This document shows positions 22,793-37,429 of a stretch of DNA of 64,000 nt, one piece after another. A program made the position numbers and the translations under genes. Position 1 is the stretch's first letter. The number at the start of each line of letters is the position of its first letter. Below the pieces are notes generated by a model. It ran no database searches. It worked only from the letters and a program-made list of their open reading frames with translations, and was not told where the DNA came from. This DNA is from Eledone cirrhosa. Its lineage: Eukaryota. The DNA is taken from the NCBI GenBank assembly GCA_964016885.1, contig OZ024742.1, forward strand, positions 187,240,001 through 187,304,000. The letters run 5' to 3'.

Positions 22793-24539
22793 AACAGTTA
22801 TGTGTGGCACACACTACGCACCTTTACAATACTTGGCCTCGTTCTGAAAATTAAAATTAGTGGCTCCGTCACAGGAATATTTGTCTGAAAAGAAAAAGAA
22901 GAGAGCAGTGACAGTATTTTTAACGCTTAGTAAAGTCTCGTCAGTCATTTCTCACTTCCTGTACATAGCCGATATTTGTATGAAATGGAATGAGATAGAT
23001 CTCTGTCGGTTTCGAGAATGATGTTCGATCCACAGAACAGTATGCTGGTGAAGTTAACGTGTAAGTGGCTGAGCATTCCATTCCACAGATGTGTGTAACC
23101 TTAACGTAATTCGCAAGGAGATTTAGCGTGACAATTTGAAACAAGGCAGGGATTTTAATTTCATGTACTGTCCATCTAAAAGGCTTTCACGTGGTTTGCT
23201 TCAACGAAATTTCACTCACTCAGTGTTTGGTTGATCTGAGGCTATTATAACTAGCATTTTCCCAAGATGTCATACTAAACACACTTTTTAACCACACAAT
23301 TATTTAAACTGTACAGAAAATCGAATAGAACCTACTTGGTTTGGCTGATTTGCACAACGATGAAAGCGTTGGTACATTATTTATTGTAAGGATGTTGACA
23401 TATTCGACGTTCTTGGATATATCAGCAACCACGCAAATGAAGTGTGCACATTAGGCATAGTAATGTCCACAAAGATAATTTTTTTCAACTTGCTACAGTT
23501 GAAAAACTTCTTCAAAGAATTCATAAGGGAAGAAATACAATTAGGTCTGGATAAAACACAGAATGACACCTTTTCTCTCTCAATATTTATTGTTAGGAAG
23601 TTTTGAAACGTGTTTTTGTCAAATCTTTCTACTATAAATGTTTTAAAACTCTGGATATTTGGTGTCTGAACTTGCTATATAAATCCTACAAAGGAACGCC
23701 GAAGAGGACTTATATGTTAAAAGGATTGAACCCATATATTGAGAATTCAAACGAAATCTATCACTGATCAATATAAGACTTAATAAGCAATGAATATTAT
23801 TCTTTTATACTCTTATTGGTTTTAGTCATTAAACTGCGGACATACTGGAGCACTACATTCAAGAGATTTCATTGCATCGAACCAAGTTTCGTTTCAGCTT
23901 TCTACATTCATCATGAATATAATATACAATATTTGCTTTATACATATTTTGACTAACAGATACTCTGAGGCATCTAAGTGGATGCTGGTGCTTCAGGAAG
24001 AAAATATATATTATAAGGAAACTAGAATCTGTACCCGGCTTTGCTCAGGTTCATAGAAAGTGTCAGAAAAATTTACATAGTGTAAGATCTTCATATTGAG
24101 GAAAGGTACTTCGTAAAACTTCAGATAACTAGCGATAAATCGGTGGCGTAGATTTATCACGACCATCCAAACCTTCATACTACCATACTTACATACATAC
24201 AAGCGTGCATACATGCCTCCATACATCATACATACATGTATACATACACATCCATCCATCTATACATACACACATCCATCCATCCATCCATCCATCCATA
24301 CATACATACATACATACATCCATTCATACATAATACATGGGTACGTGTATGCATGTATGCATGTAACTATCCATACATATACACATACATGCATGCATAG
24401 AAACATAAATGCATGCATACATTTACACACAAGCTTGTATGCATGTATACATGCATATCTACCAACATACGTACCTACCTGCTTACCTACATGCATACTT
24501 GATGATTGTTACTTCGTGTCAGAAGTGTGCCATCCCTTC

Positions 24540-24812
24540 ATTGAACATTGCACAGTCGTGACTTTTCAGACCCGTTTTTGTTTTGCAGATACGCTCACAG
24601 ATGTGACATTTGAACTGTCTGGCTCTTGGTAAAACCGGCTGGGCTGTGCCTTCATACATTTTACCACGTCTGACTTGCAATTTAAGCCACACTCACTGCA
24701 AATGTACTGTAGAGTGTGTGGCGGTAGAACGATGTCACAGTTGGCTCTATTTCTTCCTGGCTCATGTGATTTCAGATGGTTAACAAAACCAGCTCTTGCT
24801 AGAAGAAATCGG
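24540..24812 (-). mobile_element. Possible 3' fragment of an RTE-type LINE (C2H2-like tail)
   Basis: F.ARAGFVNHLKSH and YICSECGLNCKS Cys/His pattern. No RT is present. Confidence 0.35.
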
Positions 24813-24879
24813 TCACATACATACACACATACACACATATATACATACTTACACTTTTACATGTTAAGATAATGATGTC

Positions 24880-25490
24880 TTAGATTGGCAAAGGGCCATA
24901 TGTGAAAGGGTAGGAGTAAAATCGATGAAACTCACACTGGTACTTCCATCAACTTATTTTATCGATTTTAAAATGATGAAAGGCAAAGTCTAAGCCAGTG
25001 GGATTTAAGCTGAAGTCAGAAACCTACCGTCTATTCTATACAACATATCATTCTGTATGTCACACAACAAAGTCTGCCATCCACCACAACAAACCTTACT
25101 TATTTTCACCACCCAAATATAATGATGATGGTAATATTAATAATGATTTCTACATTGGCTGTAAGGCCAAATATTTGGATGGAAGGGTACTTGACTGGTG
25201 TTTATTTTATGGACCTCTGACAAGAAGAAGAAGAAGAAGAAGATGAAGAAGAAGAAGAAGAAGAAGAAGAAGAAGAAGAAGAAGAAGAAGAAGAAGAAGA
25301 AGAAGAAGAAGAAGAAGAAGAAGAAGAAGAAGATTATTTCTGTCTTTTGATTGTCAGTCACTAGAACAATAACAATATCAACAATTTGAACTCCATGGGA
25401 TTTGAACTCAGAACGTGAAGAATCATAATTTTATGCCACGAAGCATGTTGTCCGACGCTTTACCGATACTGATAATCCTCTTCCCTGTTA
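24880..25490 (-). mobile_element. Diverged SINE fragments, one split by (GAA)n
   Basis: TTATTTTATCGA..GATGAAAGGCAAAGTC and GGATTTGAACTCAGAACG..GTCCGACGCTTTACCGATACTG match the SINE family. Confidence 0.65.
25221..25332. repeat. (GAA)n microsatellite
   Basis: About 36 units. Confidence 0.97.
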
Positions 25491-25759
25491 TTAATAATAA
25501 TACTGTATTTTGAAAGGCTTCTCTAGCAATCAGTTGCTAGCTGAAGCTTTAATTGGCCTCAGCTCAGTCCCTGATCTCAGAGGCACAATGTGCTGTGCAT
25601 CAAGTGAATGAAACATTGCAACAAGGACAGGTTAAATAGACTGTGAGGTCTTACATATAAATCTGATGGGTTATGAAACAAACCTATACATACACAAATA
25701 AATTCAAATGAAAATGATACCATATGACTCAGAATGTTGATATACAATGAGAGAACGCT

Positions 25760-26040
25760 GCATGGCTGAATGTTTTAAGAAGTTCGCTTTGCAATGATTA
25801 TGTCGGGGGTGAATCCTACTGCTTGTCACCATGAGTAAGCCCTCGGATTGCCTGTACCTGTAATTCGGAAGGTCAGTCTTGTGACATATTGTGTCATGCT
25901 GAATCTCACTTAGAATTACGTTAAGGGTACACATATGTGTGGAATGCTCAGCCACATGTGCCTCACCTTCGTAAGCAGGCTGATCGATTGTTCGAAGAAC
26001 TTTAACACGCATCGTCGATACCGATGGAAGTGAATTCCAA
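25760..26040 (+). repeat. Dispersed repeat family (related copies at ~22400-22620 and, inverted, ~23030-23160)
   Basis: GAATTACGTTAAGGGTACACATATGTGTGGAATGCTCAGCCAC is shared with the minus strand of 23060-23115. Confidence 0.65.
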
Positions 26041-26532
26041 TAATATATTTTGAACTGTAGTACTTATTGAATAGAGTGTATTTTAATGATACGTGTGGAT
26101 GAAAATCCATTTCGGCACTGTTGACACTTCGCTAATTGATATTTTGAATATCACTTTAAAACACTTCCTCAATTGATAATAAGTTAATTGTTTGTTTCTA
26201 ACATAGGAGCAAGGCGGTGAAGACACATTTGAAAGAGCTTAATGTGTTGGATTCACAATCATAGTGCCGTGGGTTTTATTATTGGGCTGAAGAACTCTTA
26301 TCATTAAAACATCCAAGAAACCTCCTGTGAGATGCACCCTTGTTGGAGACCAGCTAAAACCTGCATGGGTTCATTAAAAGAAAGATAGTACCTGACAAAT
26401 ACTGAAGATGATATAATTGACTCCCTGTCCCCTGCTATTCCTACCCCCCCCCCCGCAAAAAAATTACTCAGCTTTCATGTTGTTTATTATGTTTTGCATC
26501 CAGCCCCACGGGTATTGCGGTTCGTATGTTTA

Positions 26533-26693
26533 AGAGAGTCGGCTTAAAAGTTCATAGGCTGACCAAGATACTCTCATGGAAAGGCCAAATGAGGGTTATT
26601 TTTTAACATACTCCCTGGAAAGAAACAATGCAGTTATTAACAAGAAGCATCACTTCTTCGTAGTCAGCCTTTGAAATTTTCAGCCGACCCTGG
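26533..26693. mobile_element. Tc1/mariner-type MITE
   Basis: ~30-bp TIRs AGAGAGTCGGCTTAAAAGTTCATAGGCTGAC / GTCAGCCTTTGAAATTTTCAGCCGACCCTGG, flanked by TA on both sides. Confidence 0.8.
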
Positions 26694-26952
26694 TACAATG
26701 GTTATAAAGTGAGCTGTAAATTCCATTTTTCAGGTACAAGACTAGGAAAATTTGTTGTTTTGAGATGAAAGTTTGATTACATTCATTGCACACCAGAAGT
26801 TTATTTTATGGACACTGGAAAGATGATTGAGGTGAGATTCGATTTCAGATCGATGCTGGTCTCTATATAAACGACTATACCCAGCCCGCCTCAAAATTCT
26901 ACTCCTGTACCTATTATAGAAACAATTATTATTATTCTAAGAGTTAAAAATG

Positions 26953-27486
26953 TGGTAGATTAACAGTATCGGTATAGCGTCGGACAAAATACTTTGTGGT
27001 ATATAATTATAGCTTTTTATATTCTGAGTTCAAATCCTGCTGAGGTCAACTTTGCCTTTCAATGTTTCTGGATCGCTAAAATAAAATATTAATCAAGCAC
27101 TCGGGTCGAGAGATTATTGTTGATTGAATGAGTCATCAGAGAGTTAACATTTTATTCCGAATCTTAAGGTTCTGAGTTTAAATTCATCCGCGTTCAACGT
27201 TTTCCTTTCATCATTCCGGCTAGCTGAAATAAAATATCAGTCAAATACTAAGGTCAATATAAAGCTCCTTGAAGGCGGTGCGTTGGCAGTAATGCTAGAG
27301 CGTTGGATAACATGCATTATGGTGTAATTTTACGGTCCTTTACTTTCTGAGTTCAAATTCTGCCGAGGTTAGCATTGCTTTTCATGCTTACGGTGTCAAT
27401 AAAATAAAGTACCAGTAATATACTGAGTCGATTTAATCGACTTTCGCCTCCCAAACATTGTTGGTTTTGTGCCTAAATTAGAAACC
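26953..27486 (+). mobile_element. Cluster of three tandem tRNA-SINE copies
   Basis: TTCTGAGTTCAAATCCTGCTGAGGTCAACTTTGCCTTTC-type B-box core at ~27022, ~27170 and ~27345. The last copy begins GGCGGTGCGTTGGCAG. Confidence 0.75.
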
Positions 27487-28087
27487 AATATAACAGGCTC
27501 CCTGCTCCTCACCACCAAACAAAAAAAAATGTCATTTTTCATGTTATACAGTATATTATGTTTCACGTAAATTACTGTTTTATAGTAATTTTACACTTAT
27601 TTCGTATCTTCTTTTCAAATATTAACACATCTTATAACGCCTTGTTCCTACCTAAACGTTTATGTAACGATGTCCATCCCACCATTGTATTGTGATCTCT
27701 ATGTTTTTGAGGTTTATTGTAGTAAAGGTTACAGCGTTGGGTAATTTACTTAATTGGTAATTTACTTAATTGACCGTTCCCTTCTTGTTCTCCGTGTTGT
27801 TGTTGTTGTGCATATTCTTCTTCATCTTCTTCGTTTCTTCTTCTTCTTCTTCTTCTTCTTATTATTATTATGAATACCATGGTTGACGGAGGCTCGGCTC
27901 TGTAAGGTATAGTAATTTTTAACCGCTATAACAATAGTAAATTGTTTCAAACTTTAACCAAATTGTAGATAAAAACACCCTCCTCCTCGTGAGCGGGGTC
28001 TTTCTGCCCGTTATTTGGCCCTTCCGGGTTAAAAAACCGCTTATTGGGGTGTTGTGTCCAATATTCATTTTAAACCCCCAAAAAAAC

Positions 28088-30241
28088 ATGGCTACAAAAA
28101 ATAATTTTCACAAATCACTCCCACTCTTTCCGTCTTCTTCTTCCTCAATCGTCACTACAGCAGAGAGAAGATTGTCTCTCTCCCTCCCTTCTCTAAATGT
28201 GTCTCTCTCCCTCCCGCCTCTTTCGCAAGCGACGCCAGTAAAGAAAAAGAAAAATATAGTTTCTGATAGTTTCCTCGAGCACGTGCAAACCGTGGAACAT
28301 TTCTCCACGACGACGACAACGACGAATAATGTGTGCGGTAAATACGGAAAGCCATTTCATTCGTCTGACGTCATGAAGAATAGCAGTATCAGCCGTAATA
28401 ACAGCAGCAGCAGCAACAGTGACAAGGAAAACAATAGTAGCAGCCGCAACAGCATCAGCAGCAGCATAAACAATAATAGCAGCAGCAGCAGCAGCAACAA
28501 CAACAGCAGTAGCAACAACAACAACAACAACCACAGCAACAGCGGTGGCGGCAGTCGTAGTACCAGCAGCAACAACAAAAGTAACAGCAGCTCTGACGAC
28601 AACAACAACAACAAGAAAGAAAAACCAAACTCGTTTGCAGGTATCGCAAAGAACCTGGAAACCATCCTTATAACAAATGAGGAATTACAGGAAGCAAAGA
28701 AGATGGTGACGAAAACCCGACACCGAGCAATCTGCAAGGCAGCCGAAACATTTTTCGAAACCCAACAGCATTGTACGGTCGCGTACCGTACAGTAAGCAC
28801 AAAATCACGTAGGGTTGAAAGAGCCACAGAGGCTCAAATACAAAGAGCCTTAGTGTCTGTGTGGAAGCGGAAAACGCATATCACCCGAGGCAAGAGATAT
28901 GCCACAGTAGACGTGCTTTTTGCCACACACCAGGAGGCAAAGGCTCAATCCTTAGTGACCCTAAGGAGCGAGGAAATGGTGTTGGTGCCCTCCTACTGCG
29001 GGCAAAAAATTGTGAGGGTCAAACTGACCCACGTCTCTCCCGGATGGCCCCTTCTTGGTTGGCCGCATCTGTCCTCGTCGGAATCGAGGACAAAACAATT
29101 GTACTGCAATAACAGAAAAAAGTAAGAGAAGATTGGGTCGGCACCTCCATTGAGATGTTAATCCAAACCAACCAGGAGTGCATCGAAGCTATCCCGGATG
29201 TGATAGACTTCGATAACGGCATTCAACTGCCCATAAGTGTTGAGGGCAAACGCCCGAAATGCTTTCGCTGTGGATCGAAGACTCACCTCAGGGCTTTCTG
29301 CAATGAGAAGACTCGGAGAAAGGAGAAAACTCCCCTCCTTCCGAAACGGAGCTCCACTGCTACCAGCACCAGGACAAGCGGCAACCAGGAACGATAGGTC
29401 CGTGGCACCCATACCCACGCCACGGAAATCAAGAACAGCAGCAGCAGTGGAAATATTAACAACAACAACAGTAATACCAACTGCAGCTGCAACGGAGACT
29501 CCACTGCAAACATCACCAACAACAACAAGTGAAAAAGTGGAGCTGGTACCCCTCCCCGACCTCACAGAATCAGACATGGAGTGTGAGGTGGGAGAGGGAT
29601 GGCAAAATATCGCAAGGAGGCAGAAACGCAGAAGCAGCGCATCGTTGCCTTCAAACAGGGAGGAAAGAAATGAAAAAAGAATAAAGGCTACTGCAAAGAG
29701 ACTTACAGCAGCACCACCACCAACACCACCACCACCCACACTAGCACCACCATCACCACCAGCCACAACCCCACCGCCAACAACAACAACACCTTAAACA
29801 CCACCACCACAAGCACCAACATCGCAAACACAACAAAAAAATACACACACCCAGCAACAACGACAAGAAAATAACAGAACCACACCCACCCCCAGAAAAA
29901 CAAATGCACGGCAATAAATACACAAGAAACTAATGACTTCCATAATTGAACACACAGAAATTTCACAGCACGACTACATAAAACCAGCACCAATCAAAAC
30001 ACCAACGAACATAAGACTGGTAAGAATAGCACAGAAACAATACACAAACATTAAAACAAAATTCCCCAACGCAGTTGGTAATTTCAGAGACCTAGGAGGG
30101 ACACTCAACCGGAGAGTATATTCGGACATACTCATAGAAGAGCCGACTACCAGCCGAAGGGACGATTCAACGGTCCCTTCACCAGACGATCAAATGAAAA
30201 GGGATGGAGAAACCATCCTTCCTCTACGAAAAGTAAGGTAA
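28088..30241 (+). pseudogene. Tx1 ORF1 (nucleic-acid-binding, CCHC knuckle), frameshifted, with poly-S/N and T/P microsatellite expansions
   Basis: ATG at 28088. Knuckle at ~29260-29300. Broken into several ORF pieces. Confidence 0.75.
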
Positions 30242-30275
30242 GTGGTCTTTCCCATCTTTTCCACTCCATTTCAAC

Positions 30276-33200
30276 ATGACTTCACTCAGAATAGGCAGCA
30301 TAAATGCGCGTGGCTTGGGGTCGTCATGGAAGCAGGGCCACCTGCTGAACGACCTCAGGTCACTAAACATAGATGTAGTGGCCATCAGCGAGACCAGAAT
30401 CTCCGAAGCACGGGCCTTCGCACCGATCTTCGGCTGCTACGATTTGTACGCATCTCCCAGCCGCCTGGATCGGGGGTAGGAGTTGCTGTGCTTTTTCGGA
30501 GAGGTTTGGATCTCGCCATACGGGCTATCCTCCTGGACCCAGAAGGTAAGTTGGTGGTGCTGGACGTGACCAGCGGAGACGGGCAAGCTTTCAGGCTAGT
30601 GGCCGTCTATGCCCCGACAGGAGCAGGGAGGCCTGATTTCTTCCGGTGTCTGGAGACCTTTCTTGGAACGTCCCGCTCTTTAGTGTTAGTGGGCGACTGG
30701 AACGGGATCTTAGATGCACGCTGGGATTGTATGGATTTAGCGGATAGTGGAGGAGGGTGTAAAACCCTCAAAAACCTACTCAGGCATTTTCAACTGTCGG
30801 ACAGGTACCGATTGGATTTCCCGAATGTGCCAATGTGGACTTGGACAAACCATCGGGTCATCCTGATCATATCTACATAGAGCATTTTGTAGGGAAATAG
30901 ATAGGTCTAGCATAGGCTGTCCACAATTCAAAATAGTCAGCTACACGGACCACAACTTCGTGATCTGTGTGCTTGATTTAGATAGGCTTCATAGACGAGG
31001 ACCCGGCTACTGGAAGCTAATCGCGTCCTTACCAGCGCGCAAGGCCTACAGAGACCGGATTAGCGAACTAGTTAAGCGGGCGTTGACGGGGGCCATCGTC
31101 AACAACAAGTGGTGGTTTGATCTGAAAAGAGCGATTAGAATAGAGTACATTAGGTTTAGTAAGGCTTTAGAAATAGAGAAAAATAGAGCAGAGGGAGAAC
31201 TAGTTAGAAAATTAGACGAGGCGCTTAGCAAAGGCATCACGACCGACGTACTTGCGGCGAAATTGGCCCTTGACCAATTCTTCAATGCAAAGCACGAAGG
31301 CTGCGATGTCAGAGATAGGGTGCGGGCTCTCAGACACGAGGGGACGAAAGCCGTTCAATGGGCCCGAGTGTCGGAGGCCCGTCGTGGCAACAAAGCCACG
31401 ATCCGGTTTTTGGTGGACCAGCTGTTCGGAGGCAGCGGCGGGCCGAATCGAGGGATGGACTTTAGTGTCTACCTCGACGGACTGCCGCGGCTCTCGGCCA
31501 CTGAGGCGGAGTGTTGCGAAAAGCCGATAACAGCCGCTGAAGTACTGGAGGCAATGACTGGCTGCAGAAGGGGTAAATCGCCTGTTTTGGATGGTCTGCC
31601 CTATGAACTTTACGTACAGATGCCAGACTTGTTCGGAGGCCTCTTTACGGACGTCTACTGCAACTGGCAACAGAACGGGAGAATTCCCAACTCTGTGAGC
31701 CTAGGAGATGTGGCGCTGCTGAGAAACTATCCGAACAAAGGGGATAACATAGATAATTTCAGGCCCATAACTCTGCTAAACACAGAGTTCAAGATTTTGG
31801 CCAAGGTGCTAGCAAAGAGGTTGGCGCTTGTCGTTGGTGGTCTGTGGGGAGATACGCAGACGTGCGCCATTCCCGACAGATCCATCCACGACAACCTCAA
31901 CCTCATGCGATACATTGTAGAGAGGGTAGCTAGGGAACCTGGCACGGGTGGGTCCTTGATCAATTTAGATCAGTCGAAAGCTTTCGATAGGGTCGACCAT
32001 CGTTACCTAGCCGCAGTCCTGAGGGAGGCTGGGTTTGGGCCCATCTTCAGAGGCTGGATCGCTGCCATGCACAGCGATATCTGCTCTGTGGTGAGAATGA
32101 ATGGTCACCTTTCGGAACCGTTCAACATCATGCGCTAGGTCCGCCAAGGATGTCCCCTCTCGTCCCTCTAGTACGTATTGACTCTCGAGCCATTATTGCA
32201 CAAACTGGAGACGTTGAGGGTGGTCCCGCGCGAACTAGGATGCGGAAGATCCATGTCAGCATATGCGGACGATGTCACCGTATTGGTGTCGAACGCCAAA
32301 CACATCGAGGCGATCGGCACTACACTAAGAGAATACGAAGCGGTGACAGGAGCAATGATCAACCAGGAAAAGTCAGTGGGCCTGCAGCTCGGCACCTGGA
32401 GAGGCAGGTCCATGCCGTCCAACAGCGTCGTCGGGCGCTGTACGGACGGACTGGTTAAATTGCTAGGGGTCAGGTTCGGTCCGGACCTCCAGACGGACAA
32501 AAACTGGGACGAGGTGACAAGCAGAGTGGCTTCTCTCATCCAGAAATGGGCGGAAAGGAGGCTATCCCTAAAAGGTCGAGCGGAGGTGGCTAACGCGTAC
32601 ATCGCGTCCATGGTTTACTACCGCCTGACCGTCGTACCTTGTCCTAAGCCCCGCCTGACTGCGCTGGAGCCTTTGCTCTTTCGCTTTTTGTGGAAGGGAC
32701 GCGCTCCGATGGTCAGGCGGTCCATCTGCTGTCAACACCCGCTACGTGGAGGGCTGGGCATGCCGTGGATGATGATGCGCAGACACGCGCTCAGGCTACG
32801 ACATCTCCACCTCTTCCTCGACAGTGATCAGGTGTGGTCGCCGTTTGCTAGACACGTATTTCCCCAGCTCGTTTCCTTGACGGCGTGCAGTCCTGGGTCA
32901 AGCGAAGACCGAGAGGGAGCGCCTGGAGACTGGAATGTCTTTAGGCGCTCACAGCCCTCGACAAATCGGGCAATGTGATCGGTGGAAACTCCACCTCGGC
33001 GTTCTATAGAGGATTAGTGGAGGGGAAGAGCGACGACGTACTTGGGGAAAATCTAGGCGTCGACGAAAATCAACTAGGCAATCTCTTCGGAAGAACTTTC
33101 GGGCCGGGACATATGTACAACTTTCAGAAATCTCTGGCCTGGCAGTGCTACCGAGGAGACTTGCCAGTTCGGGATAAACTCTACAGGCATGGAGGTGCCG

Positions 33201-33628
33201 TCAATCGGGCATGTCCGAGATGCGCGCAGGGCGACAAAACCGTCCTGCACGCACTCGTCCAGTGTCCGAAAATTACTGACTTGTGGGTTTATGTCGAACA
33301 CCTGCTGTCGCGTGTAGGACGGATCCGGCTATCATCTGAGTTCATCGGGAAGATTGCCCCGGCCTCTTCCTTTAGCCGGGAAGGGCAGGCAGTTTTTATC
33401 TGTCTGGTGGCCATGGCGAAAGAGATAGTATGGTGGACACGTTTGAAAGGGGTGAAGACGAGCACTTACCTCTTCGGTGATGCTCTGAATGACTTTTTCA
33501 AATTTCATTTGAAAAGGAAAATCAGAGTAGAGAGGGAAGTGCTCTCTTCCCAGCATTTTGTTGAAAGATGGGTGAGAGAAGCAAGAATGGCCCGAGTGAA
33601 TGGGCCTACTCTGAGTACGTATCTGTAA
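30276..33628 (+). pseudogene. Tx1 ORF2 (APE endonuclease + RT + zf-RVT), multiple frameshifts and stops
   Basis: ORF pieces 30276, 30242, 30960, 32178 and 32975 join into a canonical ORF2. Confidence 0.92.
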
Positions 33629-33905
33629 ATTAAAGGTGGAAAACTGAGAGAGGGCACTTGCCTTGGTGGTCAGGGTCACTGTGGCCTTTTACTGGGCTTT
33701 CTCCACAAATGTCCCTCCGAAGTCTGCCCCCCTATTGGGGAATTATTCATAGTTATTTTTTTGTTACATCCTCTGTTTTTGTTTTTTACACGCAGAAATG
33801 CCCATTTGTTCCGTCCTGTATTGTCCTGCACTGTCATTAATGTCTACTTTATATAAACCCTTGTGGTTAATAAAGAAATCATTATTATTATTATTATTAT
33901 TATTA

Positions 33906-36900
33906 AAAGAACTCATAAAATATATAAAGCAGCACACAGACATCACGGAAAAAAAACTACTACACCCCACTAACACCAAGAACTCTCCCGACAAACATAA
34001 GCATCATCGAAATCTCAATAGAACAGTACAAACCTTTAAAACAAAAATTCCCCAACGCAGTTGGAGACTTCAGAGGGACGGTTACCAAGAGGATATACAC
34101 TGACATCCTCTTGGAAACACCCATGACCAGCGAAAGGGACGGTTCTACTGTCTCTTCACCACACGAACAAGGTAAGTGACCCTTTCTCATTTGCCCCGTT
34201 TCTCATCCAACATGGCTGTACTCACATTAGGCAGTATAAATGCACGTGGCCTGGCGTCATCTTGGAAGCAGGGTCACCTGCTCAATGACCTCAGGTCACT
34301 AAACATAGATGTGGTGGCCATCAGTGAAACCAGAATCTCCAAGGCACGGGCCTTCGCACCGATCTTCGGCGGCTACGATGTATACGCATCTCCCAGCCGT
34401 CCAGGATCGGGAGGAGGGTTTGCCGTCCTTTTTCGGAGAGGCTTGGATCTCGCGATACGGGCCATCTTCCTGGACCCAGAAGGTAAGTCGGTGGTGCTGG
34501 ACGTGAGCGGCAATGCTTTCAGGCTAGTAGCCGTCTACGCCCCAGCAGGGGCAGGACGGCCAGATTTCTTCAGACGTCTAGAGAGCTTTCTTGGAACGTC
34601 CCGCTCTTTAGTGTTAGTGGGGGACTGGAACGGTATCTTGGATGCACGCTGGGATCGTGTGGGGTTAGTGGATAGGGGAGGAGGGTGCAAGAGCCTCACC
34701 AACCTGCTCAGACGTTTTGAACTGTCTGACAGGTATCGACTGGATCACTCGAATGTGCCAATGTGGACATGGACAAACCGTATCGGGTCATCCAGATCGT
34801 ATCTAGATAGGGTATTCTGCAGGGAATTATATAAAACTAGTATAAGTTGTCCACAATTTAAAATAGTCGACTACACAGACCACAAATTTGTGATCTGTGA
34901 GACGACATAAACAGACTTCATAGACATGGGCCTGGTTACTGGAAGCTGAAGGCGTCTTTCTCGGCGCGCAAGGCCTACAGAAACCGGATTAGCGTATTAG
35001 TTAAGCAGGCGTTGACGGGAGCGGTCATCAACAACAGGTGGTGGTTGGCTCTGAAAAGGGCAATTAAAGTAGAGTCGATTAGGTTTAGCAAAGGAGTAGT
35101 GATAGAGGAAAATAGAGTAGAGGGAGAGCTAGTCAGAAAGCTAGAAGAGGCGTTTAGGACAGGCATATCAACCGACGTGCTTGCGGCGAGATTGGCACTC
35201 GACCAATTCTTCAACGCAAAACACGAAGGCTGCGTTGTCAGAGCTAGAGCGCGTGCTCTGAAACACGAGGGGACAAAGGCAGAGTTCAAGATTTTGGCCA
35301 AGGTGTTAGCATCGAGGTTGGCGCTTGTCGTCAAGGGTCTGGTGGGAGAGGCGCAGACATGCGCCATTCCGGACAGATCCATACACGACAACCTCCACCT
35401 CATGCGATACATCATAGAGAGGGTGGTTAAGGAAGCTGGCAAGGGTGGGGCCCTGATCTACTTGGATCAATCCAAAGCATTCGATAGGGTCGACCATCGA
35501 TACCTGGCGGCGGTCCTCGAGGCAGCCGGTTTCGGTCCGTTGGATCGCAGCAATGTACAGCGACATCTACTCAGTTGTGAGGGTGAACGGTCACCTGTCG
35601 CAGCCGTTCAGCATCATGTGCTCAGTCCGCCAGGGTTTTCCCTTCTCTTCCCTCTTGTACGTATTGGCTCTCGAGACGTTACTGCACAAACTGGGGGCGA
35701 TGAGGGGCGTCCCGCGCGAATTAGGATGCGGGAAATCCGAGTCGGCTTACGCTGACGACGTCACCGTGGTGGTGTCGAGCACCAGACACATCCAGATGCT
35801 CGGCACCTCTCTAGGAATACGAAGCGGTGACAGGAGCAAAGATAAACCAGGAAAAGTCGGTGGGCTGGCAGCTAGGCACCTGGAGAAGCAAGTCCATGCC
35901 GTCCGACAGCGTCGTGGGGCGTTGGACGGACGGACCGGTTAAATTGCTCGGGGTCTGGTTCGGACCGGACCTCCAGATGGAGAAAAACTGGAACGAGGTG
36001 ACGAGCAGGGTGGCCTCCCTCACCCAGAAATGGGCTGAGAGGAAGCTGTCCCTGAAAAGCCGGGCGGAAGTGGCGAATGCGTACATCGCATCCGTCATCT
36101 GCTACCGTCTCACCGTCGTCCCTTGCTCCAGCCCAACTCTCACCAAAATGGGGCGCCCCCTCTTCCGCTTTTTGTGGAAGGGTCGCGCTCCCATGGTCAG
36201 ACGATCCATCTGCTGTCAATACCCGTTGCGTGGAGGACTGGGCACGCCATGGATCATGATGCGCAAACATGCGCTGAGGCTGCGACATCTCTAGTGCTTC
36301 CTTGATGGTGAACGTGTGTGGTCGCCGTTCGCCAGGCACATTTTCCCACAGCTCGTCTCCTTGACGGAGCTGCAGTCCTGGGTCAGAAAAAGATCGGGGG
36401 ATGGCGCTTGGAAACTGGAATGTCTCCAGGCGCTCACTGCCCTCTCCCAGTTGGGCACCAGTATCGGTGGAACATCCATCTCAGCGTTCTATAGAGGACT
36501 AGTGGAGGGGAAGAGCGACGACATTCTCGGTGAGATCCTGGGCGTCGAAGAAGATCAGCTGTTTGCTCTCTTCCGGAGAACTTTCAGCCCGGGGCCTATG
36601 GATAACTTCCCAAAATCCCTGGCCTGGCAGTGTTACCGGGGAGCGCTGCCGGTTCGAGATAAGCTCTACAGGCACGGAAGTGCCGTCAGCCGAGCCTCTC
36701 CGAGATGCGCGCATAGCGACGAAACCGTTGTGCACGCACTCGTTCAGTGCCCGAGCATTGCTATGTCGAACAGTTGCTGTCGCGTGTGGGACTGATTCAG
36801 TTGTCGACTGAGTCCATTGTGCAGATGGTCTCGCCGTCTTCCTTCGAGGAGGAAGGGCAGGCGGTTTTCATCTGCCTGGTGGCCATGGCGAAAGAGATTG

Positions 36901-37392
36901 TGTGGTGGACAAGGTTAAAAGGATTAAAGACAAACACTTTCCTCTTCGGCGAATCCCTAATTAACTTTTTCAAGTTTAACTTGAAGAGGAAAATCAGGGT
37001 GGAGAGGCAAGTGCTGCTTTCTAGCAAGTTTGTTGAAAGGTGGGTGAATGTAGCGAGAATGGTCCGAGTGAACGGGACCACTCTGAATATACGTCTGTAG
37101 TTTGAGAGATAGAAAAATTGAGAGAGGGCGCTTGCCCTGGTAGTCAGGGTGGCCGTGGACTTTTGTGTGGTTTTCGCCACGAGTAACCCTCGGAGGTTTC
37201 CCCCCCTATTGGGGAATTTTTCATTGTTTCATTGTTTCATTTTATTGTTTATATATATATATGTTTCTATGTCCTTTTTTTCTTTTCTTATATAAATAAT
37301 AAAAATATTTACACGCACAAAACCCACATCGTACCGTCCTGTTCCGTCTGTGATGTTTTTCTTGATGTCAGCCCTTGTGGCCAATAAAGAAA

Positions 37393-37429
<37 letters not shown>

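Larger units (their letters stand above)
27871..33905 (+). mobile_element. Full-length Tx1/L1-clade LINE (ORF1 gag-like + ORF2 APE-RT), decayed
   Basis: ORF1 has the zinc knuckle CFRCGSKTHLRAFC. ORF2 has SINARGL, ISET, VYAP, GDWN, TDH, PGYWKL, SP.LDGLPYE, FRPITLLNTEFKILAK, LDQSKAFDRVDH, QGCPLS, AYADD, GGLG and CPRC..E/KT..H...C. Preceded by (TTC)n(TTA)n; ends AATAAAGAAATC(ATT)n. Confidence 0.93.

Noticed and set aside
31212-36339. Several minus-strand ORFs over the Tx1 elements
   Set aside because: Antisense to ORF2 in GC-rich DNA and not conserved as ORFs between the two copies.
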